A stretch of 64,000 nt of DNA, from contig JAFSIQ010000007.1 of assembly GCA_017439675.1 (NCBI GenBank), positions 20,310-84,309 of the forward strand. Direction: 5' to 3'. The position numbers and the translations under genes were made by a program. Positions 8,163 through 18,056 of the stretch are shown here, in pieces. Below the pieces are notes generated by a model that was given only the letters and a program-made list of their open reading frames with translations, did no database searches and was not told where the DNA came from. Position 1 is the first letter of the stretch. The number at the start of each line of letters is the position of its first letter. Source of the stretch: Lachnospiraceae bacterium. GTDB lineage: Bacteria > Bacillota > Clostridia > Lachnospirales > Lachnospiraceae.

Positions 8163-10064
8163 ATGTTTAAAATTACACATTATTTAAAAGAATACAAAAA
8201 AGAAAGTATCATTGCACCATTATTCAAAATGCTAGAGGCAAGCTTTGAGCTCTTTGTGCCATTAGTTATGGCAGCTATTGTAGATACAGGTATTAAAAAT
8301 CAAGATACAGGATACATTCTGAAAATGGGAGTGGTTCTTGTGGTGCTTGCAATTATCGGACTTACCTGTTCCATCACGGCACAGTATTTTGCTGCAAAGG
8401 CATCGGTTGGCGTTGGAAAGAGTGTGCGTCATGATTTGTTTGCGCATATCAATTCCCTTTCTTATGCAGAGATTGATAAGGCAGGAACCTCAACTCTTAT
8501 TACCCGAATGACCAATGACATTAACCAGTTACAGTCTGGAGTGAATATGTTCCTCCGTCTGTTCCTGCGTTCGCCGTTTATTGTGTTTGGTGCCATGGCG
8601 ATGGCATTTACAGTGGATGTGAAGGCAGCCTGGGTGTTTGTGGTGGCAATTCCGCTATTATCCATTGTAGTGTTTGGAATCATGCTGTATTCTATTCCGC
8701 TTTATCAGAAGGTGCAAAAGGCATTGGATAAAGTGCTTTTGATGACAAGGGAGAATCTAGTGGGAGCTAGAGTTGTCCGTGCATTTTGTCGCCAGGAAGA
8801 TGAGGAGAAGGAGTATCGCGAAGGAAGTGATGCACTGATGCTCATGCAGACCTTTGTGGGTAAGATATCTGCGGTGATGAATCCGGTTACCTATATCATT
8901 GTAAATGCAGCCATTATCGCTATTATATGGATTGGTGGCGTGCAAGTTAATGTTGGAAACCTAACCCAGGGCGAGGTGATTGCACTGGTTAATTATATGT
9001 CCCAGATTTTGGTGGAACTTGTGAAACTTGCTAATCTGATTATTCTTCTTACCAAGGCATTTGCTTGCTCCAAGCGTGTAGGGGAGATTTTTGCAATGGA
9101 GCCATCTGTGGTGGAGCCAGTGAACAACACCCTGGAATGTGATGTTCAAAAGATTGCAGAAATACGAGCTACAGCATTACAGGGTGCAAATGCAGAAACA
9201 GGAACACCACAAAAGAAAGCACAGACAGACACAACAGGAAAGCAAAATAGAGAAAGCGGTGACAAAGTAGTATTCAAAAGTGTTACTTTCACTTATGAAG
9301 GTGCCAAGGAACCAGCCCTTAGTAATCTATCATTTACAGCGAAAAAGGGTCAGACCATCGGTATCATCGGAGGTACGGGCTGTGGTAAGTCCACATTGGT
9401 GAATTTGATACCAAGATTTTACGATGTAACAGAGGGTGAAATCCTTGTGGATGGAGTAAATGTAAAGGATTACACTTTTAATCAGCTCCGTGACAATATT
9501 GGTGTGGTGCCACAGAAAGCAGTACTTTTTAACGGAACCATTGCAGACAATATGCGTTGGGGCAAGGTGGATGCTACCAAGGAAGAGATGGACAAGGCAA
9601 TTGCCATTGCGCAAGGAACCGATGTGGTTGCCAGCAAGAAGAATGGTTTGGAGGAAATGATATTACAGGGCGGTAAGAACTTGTCTGGTGGACAAAGGCA
9701 ACGTCTTACCATTGCAAGAGCATTGGTGAAGGAACCAGAGATTTTGATATTAGATGATTCTGCATCAGCCCTTGATTTTGCAACCGATGCAAAGCTTCGT
9801 AAGGCGATTAAGGAAGAAACTAAGGATATGACAGTGTTTATTGTATCCCAGAGAGCTTCCTCTATTAAGCATGCAGATCAGATTATTGTATTAGAAGATG
9901 GTGAGATGGCAGGACTTGGAACCCATGAGGAATTGTTGCAAACTTGCGAGGTATACCAGGAGATTGTGAAGTCTCAGGACGATAGTCAGAACACAGAGCA
10001 GAAAGCGATGAGTCGGAAAAGCGATGCAATAACGGAAGTGAATACAGAAAAGGAGGGCAAATAA
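8163..10064 (+). CDS. ABC exporter half-transporter (TMD-NBD), degenerate-site subunit
   Basis: Six-helix TMD plus NBD: Walker A GGTGCGKST, signature LSGGQRQR. Walker B is ILILDDSAS (Asp in place of the catalytic Glu) and the H-loop reads VSQR (Gln in place of His). Confidence 0.9.
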   Translation: MFKITHYLKEYKKESIIAPLFKMLEASFELFVPLVMAAIVDTGIKNQDTGYILKMGVVLVVLAIIGLTCSITAQYFAAKASVGVGKSVRHDLFAHINSLSYAEIDKAGTSTLITRMTNDINQLQSGVNMFLRLFLRSPFIVFGAMAMAFTVDVKAAWVFVVAIPLLSIVVFGIMLYSIPLYQKVQKALDKVLLMTRENLVGARVVRAFCRQEDEEKEYREGSDALMLMQTFVGKISAVMNPVTYIIVNAAIIAIIWIGGVQVNVGNLTQGEVIALVNYMSQILVELVKLANLIILLTKAFACSKRVGEIFAMEPSVVEPVNNTLECDVQKIAEIRATALQGANAETGTPQKKAQTDTTGKQNRESGDKVVFKSVTFTYEGAKEPALSNLSFTAKKGQTIGIIGGTGCGKSTLVNLIPRFYDVTEGEILVDGVNVKDYTFNQLRDNIGVVPQKAVLFNGTIADNMRWGKVDATKEEMDKAIAIAQGTDVVASKKNGLEEMILQGGKNLSGGQRQRLTIARALVKEPEILILDDSASALDFATDAKLRKAIKEETKDMTVFIVSQRASSIKHADQIIVLEDGEMAGLGTHEELLQTCEVYQEIVKSQDDSQNTEQKAMSRKSDAITEVNTEKEGK

Positions 10065-11843
10065 ATGGCAGACAAGAAGACGGAAACCAAAGCAATGCAG
10101 AAAAATACTATCAAGCGAGTGTTGACATTTATTAAGCCATACCAGCATTATGTCTGGTTGTCCTTGTTGTTCGCGTTTATTACAGTAGTAACTACACTCT
10201 ACGCGCCAATCGTAACTGGTGATGCGATTGACTACATTATTGCCAAGGGACAGGTTGATTTTGTGGGGTTAAAACCATTGCTTATGAAATTTTGTGTGGT
10301 TATCATAATGACAGCTTTATCCCAGTGGTTCATGAGCCTTTGTAATAACAAGATTACTTATTTGGTGGTAAAGAATATCCGTATTAGTGCATTTGAGCGT
10401 TTGAATCATTTGCCACTGCGTTATGTGGATAACAAGCAGTATGGAGAGATTGTGTCGAGAGTGATAAATGATGTAGACCAGTTTTCAGAAGGTTTACTCA
10501 TGGGCTTTACTCAGTTGTTTACTGGTGTAATTACCATTTTAGGTACATTGGTTTTCATGCTTACCATTAATCTGAAGATCACCATCGTAGTTGTAATATT
10601 GACTCCGATTTCATTGGTTGTGGCAAGCTTTATTGCCAAGAAGACCTACAACATGTTTCGTCTGCAATCCGAGAGCAGAGGGCATATGACAGCTCTCGTG
10701 GATGAAATGGTGGGAAATCAGAAAATTGTGAAGGCGTTTCGTTATGAAGATGACGCTATGAAGCGTTTTGACAAGATTAATGAGGAGCTTTCCTCATATA
10801 GCTTGCGAGCAATTTTCTTTTCGTCTCTTACGAATCCATCTACCCGCTTTGTCAATAGTCTTGTGTATGCAGGAGTGGGAATTGTAGGAGCTTTTATCGC
10901 AGTTGGTGGTGGTATTACGGTAGGTCAGCTTTCCTGCTTCCTAAGCTATGCAAACCAGTATACAAAGCCATTTAACGAGATTTCTGGTGTGGTGACAGAG
11001 GTACAGAATGCCATTGCTTGTGCAGCAAGAGTGTTTGAATTGTTAGATGAACAGGTGGAGATACCAGATGCAGTAGATGCCAAGGTGCTTACAAGAGAAG
11101 AAGCGGAGCAGAAGAGTGATTTTTCTTTGGAGCATGTAGCATTTGCCTATGACCCTGCAAGACCGTTGATTAAAAATTTGAATTTGCAGGTAAAGAAGGG
11201 ACAGCGTGTTGCTATTGTAGGTCCGACAGGATGTGGAAAGTCTACGCTTATTAATCTTTTGATGCGATTTTATGATATTGACAAGGGCGCAATTGCACTG
11301 AATGGTACTAGCATTTATAATATTACGAGAGATAGCTTGAGAGATAATTATGGCATGGTATTACAGGAAACATGGTTAAAATCTGGCACCATTGCAGAAA
11401 ATATTGCTTATGGAAAACCTGATGCAACAATGGAAGAAATTGTGGAGGCGGCGAAGGCATGTCATGCCCACAGTTTTATAAAGCGAATGCCAAATGGATA
11501 CGATACCATAATCGGCGAAGACGGTGGCAATCTTTCACAGGGACAGAAACAGTTGCTCTGTATCGCAAGGGTTATGCTGGAGCTTCCGCCGATGTTAATC
11601 TTGGATGAAGCGACGTCTTCTATTGATACCCGTACAGAGATTCGGGTACAGAACGCCTTTGCAAAATTAATGAAGGGTCGAACTAGCTTTGTGGTTGCCC
11701 ATAGACTTTCTACCATCAAAGAAGCAGATGTGATTTTGGTAATGAAGGATGGCGATATTATTGAGCAGGGAAATCATGAGAACTTGCTTGCAAAGGGTGG
11801 ATTCTATGCAGAGCTTTACAATAGCCAATATGCGATTTCATGA
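10065..11843 (+). CDS. ABC exporter half-transporter (TMD-NBD), consensus-site subunit
   Basis: Starts immediately after the upstream stop. Walker A GPTGCGKST, Walker B LILDEATS, H-loop VAHRLS, but a non-canonical signature LSQGQKQ. Confidence 0.9.
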   Translation: MADKKTETKAMQKNTIKRVLTFIKPYQHYVWLSLLFAFITVVTTLYAPIVTGDAIDYIIAKGQVDFVGLKPLLMKFCVVIIMTALSQWFMSLCNNKITYLVVKNIRISAFERLNHLPLRYVDNKQYGEIVSRVINDVDQFSEGLLMGFTQLFTGVITILGTLVFMLTINLKITIVVVILTPISLVVASFIAKKTYNMFRLQSESRGHMTALVDEMVGNQKIVKAFRYEDDAMKRFDKINEELSSYSLRAIFFSSLTNPSTRFVNSLVYAGVGIVGAFIAVGGGITVGQLSCFLSYANQYTKPFNEISGVVTEVQNAIACAARVFELLDEQVEIPDAVDAKVLTREEAEQKSDFSLEHVAFAYDPARPLIKNLNLQVKKGQRVAIVGPTGCGKSTLINLLMRFYDIDKGAIALNGTSIYNITRDSLRDNYGMVLQETWLKSGTIAENIAYGKPDATMEEIVEAAKACHAHSFIKRMPNGYDTIIGEDGGNLSQGQKQLLCIARVMLELPPMLILDEATSSIDTRTEIRVQNAFAKLMKGRTSFVVAHRLSTIKEADVILVMKDGDIIEQGNHENLLAKGGFYAELYNSQYAIS

Positions 11844-12059
11844 CAATTACACATTGTAATGGTTATTATTTCTAGGCTGGATGCTAGAAAGTAGCTATTT
11901 ATGGTGAATACTTACAATAATCTTAAAATATTGTGAATGGACTTGATTTTTTTGTGGAGAGTGCTATATTAGCAAAGGATTCAATTATCATTATAAGGAT
12001 ACAAATTATAGGATGCTATGTTGACTAATAGACCATATATTTAGAAGAGTAGAAGTAAG

Positions 12060-14501
12060 ATGAAGAATTTTATGAATCGAATAAAAAATCAATTTCAAAA
12101 AGGGAAAGTCGCTTGTAAAAAGATAGGAAAGGTTTTAGTGACTCCATTTCAGAAGCTAGGGCAGACTAGAGTAATGCAAACTTTGGGAAGATGGATGCAA
12201 CCGGTAATCAAGGTAGTCAAGATACCATTTGTTGGGTATTTGTTACTTGCCTGTGTTCTCAATCTGTTATTAGAGGTGTTGAGCAGACATTCATTAGTAA
12301 AGGCATTTGCTTTTATTGCAGAGTCGCCTACGGTGTTTTTCTATAATGCGTTTATTATTTTCGTGACCTTATCATTGGTTTTATTTGCAAAACGCAGAGT
12401 GTTTGCAACTGTGTTCGTGTGTGCGGTCTGGATTATTTCAGCATTTGCCAATTTCATTGTGCTTTGCTTCCGTACCACACCATTTTCAGCCATCGACATA
12501 CTGATGATTCGTAATGTGATGACAATGTTGGATAAGTACATGACAGAGTGGCAAATGGTGCTGAGTGCCATTGGAATTGTGTTGGTGTTTGCCCTTTTGG
12601 TGTATTTGTATATCCGATTACCGAAGATAAAGAATAGAAGACATCCGCTTCGAGCGTCTGCCTATGTGATTATGGCTGGCTTTTTGATTTGGACATTGAC
12701 AAAGGTTGCAGTGGAAACTCAGACGGTTTCCGACAAATTTGGTAATCTTGCTTATGCATATAATGATTACGGATTTGCATATTGTTTTTCCAATAGTATC
12801 ATTGATGTGGGTATTGGAAAGCCGAAGAATTACAGTGAAGAATTAGTTGCAGATATTGTAGATGGTTTGGAGTATGATAAGAGTCCGGTTGTTTTTGAGA
12901 CGGAAGAAGAAGCTCGTATTCGTGAGGAAGCCGAGCAGGTCTCCACCGTAGAAACGATTAGTGATACCACATATTCTTCAGAAGATATGGCAGACGTGGT
13001 GGATAACACGACGGAAGAGATGAAGGAAACAATCACCACTAAGCCAGATGGTGCGACTAGCAATACAGGAAATGCAACTACGGAGTCTGATTCTGATAAC
13101 GTAGCAGAATCAGAAAATGCAGAGAGCGAAGATATTCAATACTATACTAACGAACCTGCAACAAAGGAAAATCCGAACATTATTGTGTTGCAGCTAGAGT
13201 CTGTATTTGATGTGAAGTATATGAAGGATTTTCATACATCGGAGGACCCAACTCCTACTTTGACAACGTTGAAGGAAAATTATTCTTCTGGTTTGTTTAC
13301 TGTACCTGCAGTTGGTGCGGGAACAGCCAATACAGAATTTGAGGTACAGACAGGTATCAGTACTAGCTTTTTCGGAGCAGGGGAATATCCATTTAAGACG
13401 GTTATGACAGATACCACTTGTGGAAGTATGGGATATGATTTGAAACGTCAGGGCTATGCCACGGCAGGATTCCACAATAACGATGCAACATTTTATGAGA
13501 GATATAAGGATTATGCTAATCTTGGATTTGATTCCTTCTCTGGAATGGAGCATATGTATATGTTGAATTATACTCCTCGTGGTTGGGCGAAGGATGATGT
13601 GTTAGATGATATTATGTTAGAACGTATGGAACAGACCGAGGGAAGAGACTATATCACTACGATTTCTGTGCAACCACACGGAAGATATCCGAAGAAATAT
13701 ACCCACACATTGACGGATGTGAGCTGCCATTTTACGGGACAGTACGAAGGAGATTTGGAAAAGCGTGCAGCGTGGAAATATTACATTAACATGTGTAGAG
13801 AAACGGATAATATGTTAGCATCACTCCTCTATAAGTTAGAGCAGTTGGATGAGCCCACAGTTGTGTTTATGTACGGTGACCATTTGCCGAGTCTCAGTAT
13901 TGAGGAAACGGATTTGGATGGAATTACTCTGTATGAAACAGAATGGATTATGTGGGATAATATCGGTTTGAAAAAGGAAGACAAGGACTTATATGCATAT
14001 CAGGCAAGTACCTATATTTTTAACCGATTGAATTTAGAGGGAGGTTTGACTCAGAGCTTCCACAACAAATACATGGATATGGAAGATAGAGAACTCTATT
14101 TGGATATGTTGGAAACCCTTGCATATGATGTGTTATATGGAGAACATTATGCTTACGATGGTGTTAATCCATTTCCATCGGCAGATATGGGCATGGGAAT
14201 CCGTGATATCACGGTTTCCGGATATGAGATACAAGAGGATAAGGTTCTCATATACGGAACTGCATTTAACGAATTTTCCGAGGTTTATGTGGATGGTAAG
14301 TCGGTAGAAACCGAATATGTAAATTACAAAACCTTAAGCATTGCCTTAGATGAGTTTTTGGATGGAACAGAACTTTATGTGGCGCAGGCCGGTGATGATC
14401 ATGTTGTGTTATCCATAACAGAAATCATACGAATTGGGGATGCAGAAGGTACGACAGAGTCCACAGAAGACACCAGTCAAGAAACTACAACAGAGGAATA
14501 G
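12060..14501 (+). CDS. LTA synthase (LtaS)/sulfatase-family membrane protein
   Basis: Multi-helix N-terminus and a sulfatase-type domain (NIIVLQLESVFD..., GAGTANTEFE..., GDHLPS). An acidic Ser/Thr/Glu-rich spacer occupies roughly 12870-13185, with an extra C-terminal domain. Confidence 0.8.
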   Translation: MKNFMNRIKNQFQKGKVACKKIGKVLVTPFQKLGQTRVMQTLGRWMQPVIKVVKIPFVGYLLLACVLNLLLEVLSRHSLVKAFAFIAESPTVFFYNAFIIFVTLSLVLFAKRRVFATVFVCAVWIISAFANFIVLCFRTTPFSAIDILMIRNVMTMLDKYMTEWQMVLSAIGIVLVFALLVYLYIRLPKIKNRRHPLRASAYVIMAGFLIWTLTKVAVETQTVSDKFGNLAYAYNDYGFAYCFSNSIIDVGIGKPKNYSEELVADIVDGLEYDKSPVVFETEEEARIREEAEQVSTVETISDTTYSSEDMADVVDNTTEEMKETITTKPDGATSNTGNATTESDSDNVAESENAESEDIQYYTNEPATKENPNIIVLQLESVFDVKYMKDFHTSEDPTPTLTTLKENYSSGLFTVPAVGAGTANTEFEVQTGISTSFFGAGEYPFKTVMTDTTCGSMGYDLKRQGYATAGFHNNDATFYERYKDYANLGFDSFSGMEHMYMLNYTPRGWAKDDVLDDIMLERMEQTEGRDYITTISVQPHGRYPKKYTHTLTDVSCHFTGQYEGDLEKRAAWKYYINMCRETDNMLASLLYKLEQLDEPTVVFMYGDHLPSLSIEETDLDGITLYETEWIMWDNIGLKKEDKDLYAYQASTYIFNRLNLEGGLTQSFHNKYMDMEDRELYLDMLETLAYDVLYGEHYAYDGVNPFPSADMGMGIRDITVSGYEIQEDKVLIYGTAFNEFSEVYVDGKSVETEYVNYKTLSIALDEFLDGTELYVAQAGDDHVVLSITEIIRIGDAEGTTESTEDTSQETTTEE

Positions 14502-14539
14502 ATGAGACAGAACTCCATAATTAGTAAATGAGGAATTGT

Positions 14540-15013
14540 ATGAAAAGTAGAGATAGAATCCGCCTGTTGTCCAGAATTGCATTTGTGATATATATGATTG
14601 TTCTGGTGTACTTCCTATTGTTGAGCGATGGGTTTGGAAGGACAGCGAGACACGAACAGTGGCAATATAATTTAATACCATTTTACGAGATAAATCGTTT
14701 CCTACAATATAGGGAAATAATTGGAACCTATAATGTATTGCTGAATTTGGTGGGTAATGTGGTGGCATTTATTCCCTTCGGTGCATTGATTCGGTGGGTG
14801 ATTAACCAGCCGGTGCGCTGTATGCAGGTAGTCGGTTATACCTTTGCGTTCAGTCTTTGGGTGGAGCTATTACAGCTGATTGCCAAAGTAGGTTCCTTTG
14901 ATGTAGACGACTTGTTGTTGAATACACTTGGTGGATTGTTGGGATACTGGGTGTACTGGATGTTAAAATGGATGAATAAAAGGAGAGAGAATCATGATAG
15001 CAAACAAGTATAG
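14540..15013 (+). CDS. VanZ family membrane protein
   Basis: Track ORF 14528..15013. GAGGA precedes ATG 14540. VanZ-like blocks NLVGNVVAFIPFGALI and DVDDLLLNTLGGLLGY. Confidence 0.8.
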   Translation: MKSRDRIRLLSRIAFVIYMIVLVYFLLLSDGFGRTARHEQWQYNLIPFYEINRFLQYREIIGTYNVLLNLVGNVVAFIPFGALIRWVINQPVRCMQVVGYTFAFSLWVELLQLIAKVGSFDVDDLLLNTLGGLLGYWVYWMLKWMNKRRENHDSKQV

Positions 15014-15305
15014 TGTGAAGGCTATAAGTACAGATGCAGTGATTTCTTGTGTGTTGGGCAGTATTTCTGTTTTATGCATGTTGGGTGGTATTGCAGCATC
15101 CTATCTATATGGTGGGAATGGTCCGGCCATAGTCGGTTTGTTAGGAATTGGAAGTCTCATTACATCCATGTGCGGAATAGGATTCAGTGTTGCGGCGTGG
15201 AAATCACAGGACGGTGGTTTTTTGATGAAGAGAGTTGCCATGTTCTTGAATGCGATTCCTTTGCTCCTATCTGTTATATTGTATATTGTGGGTTGGATTG
15301 TATAG
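14994..15305 (+). CDS. small membrane protein (3 TM helices)
   Basis: 103 aa. AAGGAGAG precedes ATG 14994, which overlaps the VanZ 3' end by 20 nt. Hydrophobic throughout. Confidence 0.55.
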   Translation: MIANKYSVKAISTDAVISCVLGSISVLCMLGGIAASYLYGGNGPAIVGLLGIGSLITSMCGIGFSVAAWKSQDGGFLMKRVAMFLNAIPLLLSVILYIVGWIV

Positions 15306-15321
15306 AGAAGGGAAGATTGGA

Positions 15322-15912
15322 ATGGATAAGCAGGAGCGTTTGCAAAAGCAACTAGAATTTACATTGGAACTAGATAAGTTAAAATACATTGAGCGTCAAT
15401 CCTATGTGGCAGACGGAAGTCGTCATGAAAATGATTCTGAGCATTCGTGGCATTTAGCATTGATGGCGATGCTGTTTAGCGAGTATGCCAACGAGAAAGT
15501 GGATGTGCTTCGGGTGATAAAAATGGTGCTGATTCACGATGCGGTGGAGATTGATGCTGGAGATACCTATGCCTATGATACAGCAGGAAATGCTACAAAA
15601 CGTGAACGAGAGGAGAAAGCAGCAGACCGCATTTTTAATATTTTGCCAAACGATCAGGCGAATGAAATGAGGGGGTTGTGGGAAGAGTTTGAAGCAGGAG
15701 AAACCCCTGAGGCAAGATTTGCAAATGCATTAGACCGTGTACAGCCGATTATGTTAAATGATATTACAGGTGGAAGAGCATGGAGAGAGCATGGTGTAGC
15801 AGCCACACAGGTGCTTACTCGCAATAAGAATACTCACTTGGGTTCAGAGACATTATGGAACCATGTGGAAGGTTTGGTAGAGAAGAACCAGCAACTGGGA
15901 AATTTGCAATAA
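15322..15912 (+). CDS. HD-domain phosphohydrolase (YfbR-like 5'-nucleotidase family)
   Basis: Track ORF 15250..15912; ATG 15322 (MDKQERL) chosen. Motifs SEHSWH and LIHDAVEIDAGD (H...HD...D). Confidence 0.8.
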   Translation: MDKQERLQKQLEFTLELDKLKYIERQSYVADGSRHENDSEHSWHLALMAMLFSEYANEKVDVLRVIKMVLIHDAVEIDAGDTYAYDTAGNATKREREEKAADRIFNILPNDQANEMRGLWEEFEAGETPEARFANALDRVQPIMLNDITGGRAWREHGVAATQVLTRNKNTHLGSETLWNHVEGLVEKNQQLGNLQ

Positions 15913-15953
15913 GATTAGCAAAATAATAGAATAGATGGAAGCGAGGACCGATT

Positions 15954-18044
15954 TTGGAATATTGTGATTTGTTTCAGGAAGAGAATGATAGCGTAAGAGA
16001 AAGATATGAATTAGCAATAGAGCGTATTCGTATGTTTTTAAGTGGGGACACCAGTGTAGAAGAAACCTATCTTGAGTACTTTAAGAGAGTAGCAACATTT
16101 CTTATGGAAATGGATGCATTGAAAACCTATGTGGATTCTAAGGAGATGAAAGACGTGTCCTTTGAGAAAATGAAGTCTTATAATAAGGCTTTGTATCAGG
16201 ATATAATTCCGGGAGAAGACGGTTATGATGTAAGCTATGCCAATCCTGTTTATGCAGTTGCAAAGCTTGGAGAGGGATATGGGCAGTTGCTTTCATTCCT
16301 TTATACGGAAATCCGAGGAAATATCATCTATGCTGTGGAGCAACGTTTGTTTGATATGACTATTCACGCAGAGTTGTTTGTGGAAATTCTTTGTATGTTT
16401 GAAGACGAAACGCCATCTGAGAAAGACTTAAAGAAGACAATCTATTATTTTGTCAGCGACTACGCTGACCAGACAATCGATTATAGAACAAGAGAACTTC
16501 TAGATCCGAAGTTATCCTTTGCCACTGACATTATTATGAAAAGTGATTTAAGTGATTTGCGATATCTGTTTTATTATGGAGAATACATTACAGACAATGA
16601 GATTCGCTTGGCATCGTTTTTAAATCAAATGTCGCAGGAAGACATTGAAGCCATGGCATATACCTACACCCACGGATACGAAGAGGGATTTCGGGTGGCA
16701 GGTATTGATTTGTCCAAAAAGAAAACGGTGAATATCCGATATGCTATCGGACAGGAGCGGATGGTCCGTGCAGCTATTCTTCAGTTTGAAAAAATGGGAC
16801 TTGTTCCGGTTATCTATCGGGCACCGATTGCAAGAGTGAATCGTAGAAGTACCATGAAGCCAGGATATACTGCAACCAGTGCTAATAAGCAGTATGAGTA
16901 TGACCACAGAGGAGACCATGCACTGTTTTTGGACAAGGCGTTTGTAGAAAGAAAGACGGCAGTTTTAAAAAATGCCTATGAAAGCAGAAAGCAGTTGGCA
17001 AAGGAATATGCAGGACCGGCAGTGATTGAGGTGTTCGGTGAGGTACCATTTGAGCCAAAGAATAAGAAAGAGAATCTGAAGCTTTCGGAACAGCAACAGC
17101 AGTTATCCGTATTGTCTGCTTCGGAGAGTTCTAAGATTGTCAATGAATACATTCCGCAAAGTGAATATAGCTTTACCATTATCGCATATCCGCTTCCTGA
17201 AATCGGAGAGCAGTTTGAAGAGATTTTTGCCCGCATTGTGGAGGTGAACACACTGGATAACGAAACCTATAAGGGAGTTCAACAGATTATTATTGACGAG
17301 TTGGATAAAGCGGTTTGCGTAAAGGTGAAGGGTGCAGGTTCTAATAAGACGGATATGACTGTGATGATGCATGAACTGGCAAATCCAGAAAAGGAAACCA
17401 ATTTTGAAAATTGTACCGCAGATGTGAATATTCCGGTGGGAGAAGTATTTACCTCACCGAAGCTTACTGGAACCCATGGTGTATTGAATGTGTCAGAAGT
17501 GTATCTGAATGATTTAAAGTACAATAACATTATGTTAACCTTTGAAGATGGAAAAATTGTGGATTATATGTGCGATAATTTTTCGACAGAGGAAGAAAAT
17601 CGCACCTATATTAAGGAAAATGTTATGTATAATCGAGATACATTACCGATTGGCGAGTTTGCGATTGGTACGAATACCACAGCTTATGTGATGGCGAATG
17701 CTTATGATATAGTATATAAGCTTCCGATTCTAATTGTGGAGAAAATGGGTCCGCATTTTGCGGTGGGAGATACCTGCTATAGCCATAGTGAGGAGGTTCG
17801 TCTGTATAATCCGGACGGAAAAGAAATTGTGGCAAAGGATAATGAGTGTTCTTTGCTTCGGGATACAGATGAAGATAAGGCATATTTTAATTGCCACACG
17901 GATATCACCATACCATATGATGAGATTGCGGCAATTACCAGTGTGCACGCAGATGGAACAGAAGTTTCGATTATAAAAAACGGAAGATTTGTTCTCAAGG
18001 GCTGTGATATGCTAAATGAGCCTTTTGAGAGAGGACAGCAGTAG
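15954..18044 (+). CDS. M29 (AmpS/PepS)-like aminopeptidase, long form
   Basis: TTG start with GAGGA upstream. C-terminal half carries M29-like blocks (NIPVGEVFTSP, PIGEFAIGTN, GPHFAVGD, FNCHTDITIP). Confidence 0.65.
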   Translation: MEYCDLFQEENDSVRERYELAIERIRMFLSGDTSVEETYLEYFKRVATFLMEMDALKTYVDSKEMKDVSFEKMKSYNKALYQDIIPGEDGYDVSYANPVYAVAKLGEGYGQLLSFLYTEIRGNIIYAVEQRLFDMTIHAELFVEILCMFEDETPSEKDLKKTIYYFVSDYADQTIDYRTRELLDPKLSFATDIIMKSDLSDLRYLFYYGEYITDNEIRLASFLNQMSQEDIEAMAYTYTHGYEEGFRVAGIDLSKKKTVNIRYAIGQERMVRAAILQFEKMGLVPVIYRAPIARVNRRSTMKPGYTATSANKQYEYDHRGDHALFLDKAFVERKTAVLKNAYESRKQLAKEYAGPAVIEVFGEVPFEPKNKKENLKLSEQQQQLSVLSASESSKIVNEYIPQSEYSFTIIAYPLPEIGEQFEEIFARIVEVNTLDNETYKGVQQIIIDELDKAVCVKVKGAGSNKTDMTVMMHELANPEKETNFENCTADVNIPVGEVFTSPKLTGTHGVLNVSEVYLNDLKYNNIMLTFEDGKIVDYMCDNFSTEEENRTYIKENVMYNRDTLPIGEFAIGTNTTAYVMANAYDIVYKLPILIVEKMGPHFAVGDTCYSHSEEVRLYNPDGKEIVAKDNECSLLRDTDEDKAYFNCHTDITIPYDEIAAITSVHADGTEVSIIKNGRFVLKGCDMLNEPFERGQQ

Positions 18045-18056
18045 GAGGAGAAATGT

